A DNA stretch of 56,086 nucleotides, filler included, from Sluysia triapertura (lineage: Eukaryota): the NCBI GenBank assembly GCA_046118255.1. It is 4 parts of 4 records of this genome, joined end to end, with 100 filler letters (N's around TTAATTAATTAA, not from the genome) between each part and the next. Parts side by side here need not be neighbours in the genome. Positions count along the whole stretch, not along the records: positions 1 to 11,870 come from JBJNIA010162152.1; positions 11,971 to 27,039 come from JBJNIA010239994.1; 2 more parts are not named here. One strand, given 5' to 3'. A program made the translations under genes and the position numbers. Position 1 is the stretch's first letter, and every line of letters begins with the position of its first letter. Of this stretch, positions 1-12,824 are shown piece by piece. The notes beneath the pieces are model-generated. The model did no database searches, was not told the DNA's origin, and saw nothing but the letters and a program-made list of their open reading frames with translations.

Positions 1-2295
1 AAATTACTTCCGGTAAATTGTTGTAATGAAAAGCTATTCAGTACCAGCTAAATATGTAGTATTAAATGAGTCGTAAAGATAATAATATACGTAGAATAAA
101 AAAGTAAAACCGAAAGAAGATCGAATAAAAATGATTGTTGGATATTATTGGTGTTGAAAGAGATTTTCATTTAATAAAACAAACAATATTTTTCTTTAAT
201 TTTTCTAGCTTTTAACCCCTTCAGTACGATTATATTTTGCAATATTGCACTCACAGGATACAAAAAGTCCATTGTAAAACTAACGATCACTACTATCGAT
301 TTCACTCAATTATTCTTTTTCATCATGGACACATTGGTGCGGGAAAATCGAGAAAAGTTGATGTTGTACCCATAACGACTGATTTCGAAATATGTAAAAA
401 TCCCAATGAAAATAAACATAGTACGGATAATCCATAATTCTAAGTACGGAATATATATGATACAAACAAATCTAAAATATCCTATTATACTGTACATAAC
501 TGATATAGCCAAGCCCTAACATGAATAAACAACGCACACTCAACATATACACAGCAGCAGTAAGCGTTATTCGTCTATTAAAACAAGTAAATTCATCAGA
601 ACACTTATTAATGCTATTCGGCTGTTGCGGAAGTTACCTAAAAACGCTTAATTATGTGACATTTATGTAATATGAAGTATGCATTTAAACAAAATAACTG
701 TCGCTTCCCCCGAAGCATTTATTTTAATCTGAAGAATATTAAACAAACATTCAATTAATTGCTCTCTCATTCTGTCGAACTGCAGACAACTTTGGAAAGA
801 ACAAATTTGTTGTTTATATTTGTGTATGGTGCGATTGCTTGCTGTGATGTGATCGACTTATCAATAACATACAGTTCATAAGTATCGAAAAAATTGAAAG
901 CATTGGCTAACAAGTCACATGTTTAAAACGAATTGGTTAATTTATAATTTTAGTAAAACGTTTAAAAATATTTGTAGCACTTAAAATAAACTTTTGAAAA
1001 TGACAAGCAATTATTGGTGCATTCCCTTATCGAATTCGTTCATAAAGTTATTTATTCAGTCATAAACATTAGACCTATATACTCGTAAACCTAATTCATT
1101 GATCTATATACTGACTGATCTATGTACTGTCCCAAAAAATCGAATATCGTCAACCAAACACGTCTTTCTGAAGATCGTTGTTGTAAAACTACGGCAAATC
1201 ATCATTTAATAAAAAGAGAATATTTTATTTCTGACGTTCTATTAGCAAAACAGAAAGATCATACGAAATGAACAAATGAATGAATTTCTTTAAGGACTAT
1301 TAACAACTCTTTGACTGTGCCGTGTAGCGTACGTGATTGGCAAACGTATCGGCAACAAGCACACTAAAAACACTCACATAATCAAAATGTAAACGCAGTT
1401 CAAATTTTCTTGATATTTAGTAATAATAATTTCTGAAGAATATGTTTAAAAACAATTATTTTCACTAGGCTTAAAAAAGTCATTAATAATTGTTCATAAC
1501 TAACTCTTTTCGGGATTGTTTAACTTTGTATCCATGCCAACATTATAATTATCACAGCTTAGTATTACTGAGACTTTCTGAATATAGAATAATATTATTA
1601 AAAATATGTAATATTATATATAATTATACAATAAATAACAGAAATATTCTATTTTTCAATGTCATTATTTATTATTAAGTGTTTTATTGTTATTTAAATT
1701 CATTAAAAATTTTTCTTCTCCTTCATTTGATTTTTTATTTGTAGAGATTTCTTTTCTCGACTTAATTGTTTCTCGATAATGACAATTAGTTCTATTATAC
1801 TGCTTTGGTATTTTCGATTTCTTCTATCTATAATTTCCTTAACGGCATTTTCGATTCATGTGTTACAAAGAATTAGTATTTTTATTTAAAGTCGCTATTT
1901 TATTATTTTATGATATTTCATTATCCTAATGGATCTATATTTAACATTTTTAAATAACTCAAGTGAAACTGAAATGATAAATTATTTAATAAGAAATAAT
2001 TTAATTCTAGAACGAATGTAATCTTCGTCACATCTTGTTAGAACTTTTCTTTATTCCTTTCACATTGAATGGTGCGCTACTCTGCGCTCCCAAATTTATT
2101 TCAATTATTTATGAAATTTTCGAGAACTCCAGCTGTGCGCAAGTAATTGGAGCATTCTCTGGAGGAGCTCCTCTGCCCGACAACAAGGAGTGAGTGAGTG
2201 TAGGAACACTTCTTTGTTTCCAGATCAGCAAGTGGACCTGCTTCGCAGATCGCTCTCAGTTCCACAGTGACTCTCAAACCGTAGTGGTGTTACTA

Positions 2296-2796
2296 TTTCG
2301 TGTGTCACGATGGATCCAGTCGCGGAAGGATCCGAAGATCTCGTTCCAGGAACGTTTCAATGAACAAAACTGGGCAGATGGACCTGCAAAAAAACTCAAA
2401 GATCAACAACAGCAACTACACGTTATCAAAATTTTGGAACTCCGCGACTACACGATGAACCCAGTTGCGGAGGGATTCGAAAATGGCACAAACCCTACAG
2501 CATGGATCAATACCAATTATTTTCAAATCACAAAACTCCGCGTGTAATCGATGAGCCCAGTCGCGAAGGGGCTCGAAGAATCAACCAAAACCTAATGCAG
2601 AAGTCTGCAAATAAGAAGGAACTACAATTACAGAACTATCAACATAACAGCAAGAAAAGGCAGAAGAAAGTTAAATGGAAGAAGACCATCCCGACTGATG
2701 AAAATAATACTCCGCATGTTATGCCCAGTAGCGGAGGAGCAGGAAGACTTCCCAAGAATACTCCGCTTAGTGAGCCCAGTAGCGGAAGGGCTCGAA
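2296..2796. repeat. Five dispersed copies of a 36-42 nt structured motif (two overlapping stems)
   Basis: Copies at 2296-2336, 2440-2481, 2536-2577, 2710-2745 and 2761-2796. Consensus CTCCGC-n(5-11)-GAGCCC-AGT-NGCGGAR-GGGCTC-GAA, with compensatory changes. Confidence 0.8.
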
Positions 2797-3292
2797 AACT
2801 ACAACAGAAAATCACAACACCCTACTCACTGCCAAAACTTGCACCTGCTCGGCAGCAGCACACAGCACTGAAACCCCAAGCTGAAGAAAAAGAGGATAGT
2901 ATTTGTTCAAAACCGAAAACCCCTCTTTTAAATTTCTTAAATATTTCAATTAAGATTGAGGGTTACTGCTGCGTATTTTTCATTTAAACATCTTCTTCAA
3001 ATCTTTACTTCCCATACTTACTTCTGACCGAATCGTTATTGACTTAAGAAACTTCCTGCATTTTAATACATTTCTTATTTCTTCCTCTCATAATTTCCGA
3101 ACCCCATTCCCTCCATCATTTTGCAAATACATTCACAATATACTCGTTACACTTTTTGCTGATTTAAGTTGCGCTAAAACATCAGAAAACTATGTCCAAA
3201 TTTCTTCTATTTATCTAAGCCGTATCAATAATGAACTACAATCTTTATATGGTAACGATCCCATATCCTATCTCAGTGTTAAAGAACCGAAG

Positions 3293-5466
3293 TTGGTTAC
3301 ACTTACCAAAACATCTTTAAAAACCCCCTTGGAACCTCTTACATCAACAGCCTCGCTGCCTTCCAAGAAAGATATCCTCCCTGTAAGAAAACTTAACCGT
3401 TCCCTCAGGAATAAGCCCCCATTTCGCGAAGAAACTTTTGATAGGATGCCTAATCAGTTATGCAATGATGCAATTAAAATCACCGAAAAGTTTGATAAAT
3501 TTAATTTATTACGTAATGATGCAGTTAAAATAAATGAGAATAAATTATATAATGCTGAAATTAAAGTTAAAATTGATGAATTGCATAATGATAAAACTGA
3601 AACTAAAGAGAATAAATTATATAATGATGAAATTAAAGATAAAATTAATGAGCTGCATAGTGATGAGGTTAGGGTTAATGAGAATAAATTATCTACTTAT
3701 GAAATTAAAATTAATGAGGATAAATTATATAATGATAAAATCAAAATTAAAATTAAGGATAGTGAATTACGTGATGATGAAACTAAAATTAAAATTAATG
3801 ATATATTTTCTAATGTTAATGATATTGTATATAAAAATGAATTTTCTCATGATGTGCTTGCTAAACTATCTTGCATTATTCTCGATTCCGAATCCTCTTC
3901 TAAGTCTGATTTGCTTGCAAATAATGGAAGTATAACTCCTGAAACTGAAACTTCTCACTCTGTTAATGATGACTTCTTAGATGGTCTTCACTTTCTTCCA
4001 ATTACGATGGATTCCAGAATTTTTAACCTGAAACTAAAACAAAAGCCCAAATTTCGCTTTGCTTATTCACCCAATGATGTCAGCAATTATACTTATCTTT
4101 TCACAATGGATGATATCATTGATACCATTGGATGAAACATTGCAGCTGCATCAACCAAGTTATTCTTTATCTTCAACCTTCATAAACATTGGTTCTTGGT
4201 TGTTGCTGATAATATTACTGCACTCGCAGAATTCTTTGATCCCCTCCAATGATCTTGATGCTGCTCGACTTTCCAAAGTGCAGAAAGTTCTCTAGAAACT
4301 CAGAATTCTCCCTTTCTTATAATCATCCCCATTACTTCGTTATTCCTTCCCGGCCCCTTACATTACAAACAAATTCTTATGATTGCGGTCTATTAGTTTG
4401 CAGATATATTCTTCGCCTGTTTCAACAAAAACATTGCACCAGATTGAGTGCTTCTTCTATTCGATCTCATCTTAAATCCGTTCGATTTGAACAAAAAGCT
4501 CGCTGGTGCTGGTGCAGTTTCATCTGCATTATCTTATCACTTTTATTTCAATCATTCAAATTTCAATCATTCACAAAGGATGAAAAGGATAACCTTACCC
4601 AGGCTTTCTACCAACTAACTGGGTTATCTCATTTCTATCGCTGGTAATCCTTGAAGTGTCAATCCCTGCTCACCTCATCACTTGCACAATCTCGCCTCAC
4701 AAATAGACTGCTGTTGAATACTGAACTTCCTGACAATACTTTCTTTTTTCTACTTGAAGCACGAACTAATACTCTTGCACTTAACTTTTCTGCGAATAAC
4801 TTGAAATTGAACATTCTCACGAATTGTCGAAGATGTACATTCAAGTGTGAATCTGCTCCACTTAATCATTGTTCTTTTAAATCTAGCCTTATCACTATGC
4901 GTCACAATCTCGCACTCAAACTTGTCACAAACTTTCTTCAATATAATGGTATTGATGTAGATTGTGATGTTCAGTGCACTCTTTTTTCAAATCGCTATGA
5001 TGTTCCTCATGAAATTAAACGGCAACGTCCTGACTTACTCTTTAAATTTGACAAATGTTACTACTTAATTCATGTAAAAACCCCATTCGACAAAAATGAT
5101 TCTTACTCTAATATTCACAAAACAAATTTTTTAAAATATTCATCTTTTTCTCTGCATCTAAGTAAGATTGTTCGTTGTATAGTTAAAATTTTCACCCTAA
5201 TATTTCCCATACTTGGCACAATGAACCCCGAAAATGTAACTATTCTTAAAAACTTCAAATGTGCTATTAACAAACTGTTGGTAGATATCTCTAAGGATAT
5301 GGTGAAGATGTCATATCGCATCTACGTTAATCACATACTTTCTCGGTACCCAAAACTTCGCCGCAGTGCTGCTGCCCTGACTCCAATTCCAACAACAGCT
5401 ACAATCAATCAACCTATCCCAGTGTCAGTCCCTGCCCCAGCACCAGATACTGTTACTGATCATTGA
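3293..5466 (+). mobile_element. Degenerate non-LTR retrotransposon of RLE type with Ulp1 protease (NeSL-like), reverse transcriptase deleted
   Basis: Ulp1/C48 triad across stops and frameshifts: FNLHKHWFLVVAD...EFFDP (His codon 4187-4189) and LQTNSYDCGLLVC (~4360-4400). The 4651-5466 ORF has ARTNTL, CRRC...HC zinc knuckle, RHN, RPDL, VK.PFD and KY motifs of restriction-like endonucleases. No RT core lies between them, only a KLAGAG thumb-like remnant near 4495. Confidence 0.85.
3455..3830 (+). repeat. 36-bp (12-codon) tandem minisatellite with 72-bp higher-order unit inside the retroelement ORF
   Basis: Units like AATAAATTATATAATGATGAAATTAAA start at 3539, 3611 and 3683. They translate as ENKLYNDEIKxK repeats. 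Confidence 0.85.
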
Positions 5467-7430
5467 TGTAATATCTCATTCTAAATATTTACTTGATCCC
5501 TTCATACTCTAACAAAAAAAATCTTGTATGAAAATCATTATGTTTATAAGAAGATTTTCAATTTATAGTTAATATATTTTCGTATTATTATTATTATTAT
5601 TGCTGGTGTTTTTATATGTTTATCTTACACTTAACAGCAAATTACCTAAGGGATCGGTCCACCTAATAGATACGCCTTATACCAATATTAGAGACGTATT
5701 ATTAGGATTTTGATTAAAATTTATCTTAATTTGGTTTACTGGCAAATAAGCTCGATCTGATTTAAGTTTAAGATTTTATTAATTTGCACAACCCTTTTAT
5801 TAAGGTGTTACGTTATTTTGCATATTTTATTAAGGTGCTGTTACAAAATGAGATTTTAATTAGTGGCTTATTGCGTTGCACAGCTCTTTAAATCAACTAG
5901 TATTTTAGAATCTTAATATCTTAGGGTCAAAATAACTAATAAAACCAAATTTGACACTTTATTTTACTTATGACACTAAAAGATGTTATACAATACCAAT
6001 AACAAAACAAAAAACTATAATAACAATAGTATCTAAGATAACTCAATGCTTGATTGGTTATTAACAGGATTTTAATTCAAAAGTTTCCTAACCCTATTTA
6101 AGGTGTTGGTACGAAAAATACATAATGATTTTACGTATGAGTTTGGTATTCCCACTTAGGGTGAATACTTTTACAACCTACAAATAAAAAATTACTTGAT
6201 AATTTTCGAAGGCATCATAACATTAAAACTTGATTTTAGTTCCAAAATTCTTGTGATGAATTGTTGAGTGTTAATCTATTTATACTTACCTATTTTCTTT
6301 GTTTTCTAATTTTAACAATTTTTCTTTATTTCTTTATAATATTTAAAATAAATTACTTAATTTATAGGAAAACTTAATTTAAACAACTTAATTTAAAGAA
6401 CTTACTTTTATGTTCTTTATTCTAACCTTTATCGTACGCTATTTATATTGATTTGTATTACCTGCCGGACGGAATTAATTTGCAAAAGGTGTGATAAGGT
6501 GCAAATATTTACTTAAAATAACATAGCTCACGTACTATTTACACTAGATTTATGAAACAAAAACGAAATTAAAGAGAATGGAATTTTCTATATTCCTATA
6601 ATTCGGCAAACAACGAGTACAAACAGTGGTTAATATATTAACCATTCGTACGATAAAGGTTAAACGTGATGTTCCACTTCTGTTTTAACAGCCATGTGCT
6701 CCAGTGAATGAAATTCTAAGTTCACTGGGAATCGATTAAATAAAATAACTAATATGACTGAATCGCTGCATGGTTAAACGTACCATAATGTTCGACAATA
6801 GATACATAATAATAATAATATTAAGTAAAGCTTTAGGTATTTTAATTTCAATGATAAGATGCGCAGTACTTACGTAATCATCTGAGCATTATGAAAGTCC
6901 ATATAAAACGAAACGCTAACATACAGTTAAATGAACTTGCAGAATAACAGAAATTCAATTTGACATAGGTAAACTTCAACAACTTGTAAATCAATGCCAC
7001 TTCGAAAAAATCTTTACGATAATTTAAAATTGCTGTATATTAAGTTGCATCACTTTTAACATGATTCAACTTAATACAGGCAAACTAATTTGTACTATTT
7101 AGTTACCCATTATTTTAAAAAACTGGATAAAATTTGAATTAAAATTATATTTGATTATATTTATCAGATTTAAAACTTTTTTAATTTTAAACTTATTTTT
7201 TATTTATTTCTTGAAAGATTTTTAGTTTTAACAAAATTGTGTTAGATTTTAATTATTTATTTTTGACTTTGTACATGACTTGAATATAAAAATAAGTTTT
7301 AAGGTTTCTTTAATTCATTTTTTGTAGCAATATTTTAAATGGATTCTTAAAATCTATTTAAAACTATTTAAAGAGTTTAAAATAACTCTAAGCATCAAAC
7401 AATTTTACATACATTGTGAAAAAAAACCTT

Positions 7431-7513
7431 GACTATTATTAGACTTCATAAAATGGACTAAACCCGGGACCTGTCGCTGCGCGGTTCGATGCTCTACCAC
7501 TGAGCTATCAGCC
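7431..7513 (-). mobile_element. tRNA-derived SINE-like copy (A-box half, internal deletion)
   Basis: Minus strand reads GGCTGATAGCTCAGTGGTAGAGCATCGAAC (tRNA 5' half with A box), followed by the tail AGTCCATTTTATGAAGTCTAA shared with 18508-18580. Confidence 0.7.
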
Positions 7514-8129
7514 AAACTTATGGATAAATCAATTTTTCGGTGTTGACTGTTCGAGAATTGAATTTCGAATTATTGTTGATACTGATGTGTTACTCCTCTA
7601 ATCGGAGGAGCGGGGATCACATAGTTGTTACGATACAAGGTTGTAAATCTGATGACCAAAAAACATTAATGGATTTGCTGGCGATGATGATGCTGTTGAT
7701 GATTTGATAATTTCACAAAATGGCTGCAAATTGTTGAGCTAAACGATGAAACCAATATGGCGACAATGATTTTTATGGATTCTGATTAATGGCGTCTTTG
7801 TTAATCAATGTCTTTATATACGGATAAAGACATATTTTTGATTTTGGTTCATTTAAATAAACTTCTTTCTAGAAGTTTCTTTTATGCCATTTTTTAATTT
7901 ATAATAATAATAATTTTAATTTTAATATAATTAAATTAATAATATTTTACAATACATAAATTTTAATATTTTTTATATTTTTTTGTAATTTAAAAATCGT
8001 AAAAATACAAAATACAAAACAAAAATTATGAACACCTTTACAGAAAGAAAAGAATCCAGAAATGAAGTTGAAATGTTTATAGAGTGATTTGTTTGAGAAT
8101 GAGAGCCTTAACATTTTCCATTAGAGAAA

Positions 8130-8400
8130 TGAGAATTAAAAGCGGAAAATTAAAAGCAAAATTAAATTCATTGTTTTTATATATGTTAAAAATATTGGTG
8201 ATTGTTATTTTAATGTGAGAAGTAATTTAAATAAAAATAGATTGAATAGAGTAAAAGAAAGTAATGGTTGATCATTAATCAAATTTTTGTGTTTTGTACA
8301 TAATAAAGACAATACCATGTAATAGTCAGAGTTGTTATTATAGATCTAATTTTCAAAGAGGTTTTGATTGTAAAACTCAGGATTAATTGGATGATGAAAG
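8130..8400 (+). repeat. Dispersed repeat, copy 1 of 3 (core GATTGTTATTTTAATGTGAGAA)
   Basis: Colinear with 25380-25540 (+) and 26750-27039 (-). Confidence 0.8.
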
Positions 8401-8719
8401 AGTCTAAAAGGAAAAACTTAAATTTACTTTATTATATAATTTTATTATTTTAATTATTAATAATTAAAATAATTTTGAGGTAATTTTACATTTAATTATT
8501 TTTATTATTATTGAAAATAAACTCAAGAAATAACTAATCTATTTTATTAGAAAAATCATTTAGTGAATGATCCATAATTCTTTTATATATTCAAAAATTA
8601 ATTTAATGTTCGAAAATTATTAATGGCAAAGTTTTAAATAATATTCATAAGAATATTTTAAAGATTATTTATCTATTTATTATTCTAGTTTCAATTTTTA
8701 GAAGGCAGTTGATTTAATT

Positions 8720-8900
8720 CTGTGTTTCATCATCCCTGGTTTTCATTTCATTTATATTAGCTTTTATTTTATTTTATTTTTCTTGACATTCATATTAGGA
8801 GCACCATCTGCAGCACAAGATGTTATATTTTCATTCGTATATCATTGTCATCTAAGTAGTTTTTTTAGCTTATTAAATATATCTTTGGAAATAGTTATGC
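8720..8900 (-). mobile_element. hAT transposase remnant
   Basis: Minus strand reads DIFNKLK...ITSCAADGAPNM, matching the second catalytic Asp region (xTDGAxxM) of Charlie/ZBED-type hAT transposases. Frameshifted. Confidence 0.6.
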
Positions 8901-9629
8901 TTCTAAAATTAAAATAAATAAATATACTTACCAATCATATCTATATAATAAATTTGTATATTTATAAAAACAACGAGCTTCTACTGCAGTTTTGACGGAC
9001 ACTTATTTCAGATTAACACCACAAAATGATGTGAAACAATACAGGTGTTGCAATAGGCCAATTATGTGCGAACAACTACGTTGTTTAGCAAATTTCTTGA
9101 CTTGCCGAGTTTCTACCCCTAACGGCAGACTTCACACTTCGCGGTGAACCCTGGAACCAAGTTTATTCGGCGATGCCAATCACCCGGTTGATATTTTGGT
9201 CTCGTCAAACGAAATTATATCTGATAATTATTTAAGAATTTGTTTTTTTGTTAAATTTGTCACCGATATCTATCATTGCATTTAAATGGCCCGGAGCGAA
9301 AGGGTTAAGGTTGTGTCGAGTCCATTTTCAAAGTGCCCCCACCCTGCAGGACGCCAGCGTTCTCCCTGTGGAGAAACACTTATATAGAATATTGTCAATA
9401 TAAACATAGTAAAAATAGATTATTTTGTTTAACATACTAATAGATTTATATGCAAAAATCAATAACTATTATTATACAACAATATTTTTAAATATTTAAC
9501 ATTTTATTTTACAAAAAATAGATCAAATAGAATATTATTGTATTATTAATAAAATTATTATATGAAATAAAATTATGAATTAAATTATTTAAATTATAAA
9601 ATAATATAAATTAGATTATTGTTTAAAAT

Positions 9630-10625
9630 CTTAGTTCAAGGTTATCTAAATAACTATATAAAGCCATAGACACTATCAAATTTCTCCTATACTTTTAAAT
9701 ATTATCTTTGCTTAAAAGAATTTTAATTTGACGCGATTAGCTCATTTGGATTTTAATTCAACTTATAAATATTGTTCGGATCTCCATTCATCAGTTTATT
9801 CGGACACTACTTAATCATTAATTTACTCGTTAGTTTTTTATTATGAGACTAGCCTATTTTAATAGGTCGTAAAATTATACGTAAATTATTAAATTTTTTA
9901 TTTACCACTCCTTTTAAATTTGGTGACGAAAAAAATTCATTTATTAGAATATATTTACTAATATTATATAATTATTACTATCTGTCATTTTCATCTGTAT
10001 TTAATATATTTCTTCAGCATAACATTTTATATTTTAATTGTGAATATAACGTAAGGTACACCGTTTTTACAGGAACGCAAATTTGTTAAAGAAAGTTGAT
10101 TTAATATACAATAGAAATATCTGACGTAAATTACCTTTTATTAAACGTTGACTAATTATTGTTATAGCATTACAAAGAAAATATTATATTGATATTACCA
10201 TAAAAATAGTTATATAATTAATCATTTAAGATAATTACTAACTTCCATTACTATTTCTTTTGCTTGCTACTTACAACTTAAGTGTGTAAGACTAAGATTG
10301 TATGGGACTCACGTGCATTATATTTCTTAAAATAACACATTCACAAACAGAGAATCTTGCAGTATTAATATAATAATATTTTATTATTTATTTCATTTAA
10401 TTATACAAAAATCAAATAAAATCATTTTAAATATGTAATATTATTCGTATAAAAATTTAAAACAGTAAGAAACAACAAAAATCTAACTTTATCAGACATT
10501 TTAATGCAAAATCCGAGCCCTGTTAATTTCCATTGGTTGTGTGTATTAATTACAACATTAGTAGGACAGAGATTTCCATGGATTACTCCGTGAGTTATAT
10601 GTAAATGTCTTAAAGCTTCAACTAA
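9630..10625 (-). pseudogene. SCYL2: SCY1-like pseudokinase 2 (SCYL2) fragment; one clean exon 10625-10488, downstream exon degraded
   Basis: An AG/GT-bounded 138-nt exon encodes LVEALRHLHITHGVIHGNLCPTNVVINTHNQWKLTGLGFCIK (SCYL2-type HGN.P.N...WK.G.F). 9800-9630 gives a frameshifted PNEL..QIKILLS...SYLDNLELR. Confidence 0.7.
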
Positions 10626-11659
10626 CTAAAATAACAACATAATAATTGTTGATATTAATTATATTATTATTTTATTATTTTTCAAATGTTTTCGTAACAA
10701 TTAAAATATAAAATATAAAATGTGAAACAATTTTATTTTAATAATGTAAATCACTTTTGGCAATAAAAACTATTTTGAATAAATTTTAAATATAAAAAAT
10801 ATTAAATATTAAAAAGATAAATATTAAAAAATAGAAATTTATTATTTTATGATGCTCCAAAATTTCTCCATTTTTGTAAAATGCATTATTAAAACTTTAA
10901 TTGTAAATTGGTGAAAAATAAAATTAATAATTAATTAATTGATAATTGATAATTAATGTATTTTTAAAATTTTATTTAAAAAATATTTTTAATAATTGAT
11001 AATCCATATTGATATTACTTGCTAACATAGAAATATATTTGTACATATATTAAAGAATAATAGTTATGATTTGTTTTAGCGGGTAAAAGTAAACAAGATG
11101 AAATTTCAAAGAAATTTTGCCAAGGAATTTGAATAACACACTTACATATACATTTTGAAGTAATGTGTATTTATTTCAATTAAAATGAATTGAAATTTCG
11201 TAATAATTTTGAACAAATTTTCTTTTTATCATAACTTTCTATTTTATCAAATAATTTTATATTCTTTATCACACGAATTATTCAAAAGTCTTATTCAATC
11301 TGTAATCTTAACGTACCTAGATGACTAGCTTCATAGTAACGTAATAATTTGTGATTTGTTCGTAAATCCATAACTACAGATTATGAATGTGTCTGAGTGT
11401 AATAACTACATGGAAACATTAAACAGAAAAATGGAAACACCAATAAAGTGATATATTAACATTCTGTGTTACTTACTACTCATTCTGATGAAGAATACTA
11501 TTAGAATTGAGAGTTTCTTTTTAAATTATAATTAATAATAATAATAATAATATATTAATTTATATTGCGCTTATACCTACTGCAAACTAACTACTCATAA
11601 ACGCTTAGAATAAATCATTAGCAAAAATAATATTTCTGAAACAGAAATAACTTTGCTTT

Positions 11660-11860
11660 TTTCTTAAATATTTCCTAATCTTCCAGTACTTTGACGTACT
11701 CTGGTAACTCGTATATTTTTGAGACATCACTGTGGATTCTGTATAGATTATTATTGTCTCAATGATTTCCAATTTTCTTATTATTTCTAAAATATATTCA
11801 GGACTTCCGTAATGTAAGCATTTGTAAATTATTGTCATAATTTTAAATTCTATTCTTGCT
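11660..11860 (-). pseudogene. Possible second SCYL2-like fragment
   Basis: YDNNL..CLHYGSPEYILE and ELPEYVKVL resemble SCYL2 kinase subdomain VIII and later sequence. Frameshifted. Confidence 0.35.
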
Positions 11861-11870
11861 TTTATTGGCA

Positions 11871-11970
11871 NNNNNNNNNNNNNNNNNNNNNNNNNNNNNN
11901 NNNNNNNNNNNNNNTTAATTAATTAANNNNNNNNNNNNNNNNNNNNNNNNNNNNNNNNNNNNNNNNNNNN
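11871..11970. other. Artificial assembly gap linker
   Basis: 44 N + TTAATTAATTAA (stops in all six frames) + 44 N. Confidence 0.98.
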
Positions 11971-12824
11971 AAAGAATAATTCGTATTGTCATTGTTATAA
12001 AGAATAATTTGTATTGTCATAATTTATATATATTCTAGTTGTAGTTTGTGATAATATAACGAATATTTCGAGATTTTGAGTTTATTTAGTTGTTGAGTTC
12101 TAATTTAATAATCTGGGAAAATAAAAGTAATAAAAGTTGTAATATAAATTAATGACTTATAAGTGATTAATAAATTTGTCATACACACAGTAAGGCGTAA
12201 GTATATTTTTAAGTTAAGTATAATTTATAAAAATCCTAATAGCACGTCTCCTAATATAAACCGTGTATATTAGGCGAACCGATTCATCAGATATTTTGTA
12301 AGTCAATTAATTTCTTTCATAGAAAACACTTGCAAATAAACATCATTTAAGTTGTTTCTTAAAGTATATAAATAAATTAGAAATTACACTTGAAATATGT
12401 ACAGTGAACACTATTTATTAATGCACATATAACGTTAACCTAGCTATTATAGTTGAAAATGACATTAGATCACTGTATTTAATTAATCAGCAGTAAAATT
12501 ACCTGGGTAGTCACTTAAGAAGTTTATTTATTAATACACAAGAATATTTTCATTAAAAATATATCCATTTACTGATAAAATGCAATTATGCAGTTTTTAT
12601 TTCAAAAATATCAAAAGTTCAAAAAAACAAATTCTTATTTTCCAAATACATATTTTAAAATAATTGTATTTTGGTATTACTTTTAAATGTTTTATTGAAT
12701 TGAACCAAATAGGTAGTTTATTATACATATAGTTTAAAAATTAAAAATATTCCAAATCTATTACAAATTTTGTTTTTTGCATTTATTATTATTATTTTAT
12801 TATATTATTTATTATGATATTGTT

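Noticed and set aside
2296-2796. CRISPR array, or hammerhead/twister/HDV ribozyme call for the five-copy motif
   Set aside because: Eukaryotic context, irregular spacers and no cas genes. The catalytic core motifs of those ribozymes are missing (CTGATGA at 2695 has no stem II followed by GAAA).
2194-2987. ORFs 2194-2547 and 2502-2987 as genes
   Set aside because: No recognisable domain. They are explained by a GC-richer repeat-bearing region, and the frame carrying the PVAEG repeat has several stops.
212-9308. Isolated piggyBac-like ends (TTAACCC at 212, 6639-6664, GGGTTAA at 9302)
   Set aside because: I could not pair the ends into a matching TIR set or recognise a transposase between them.
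11915-11926. TTAATTAATTAA palindromes inside N runs
   Set aside because: Identical assembly linker at all three gaps; not biological.
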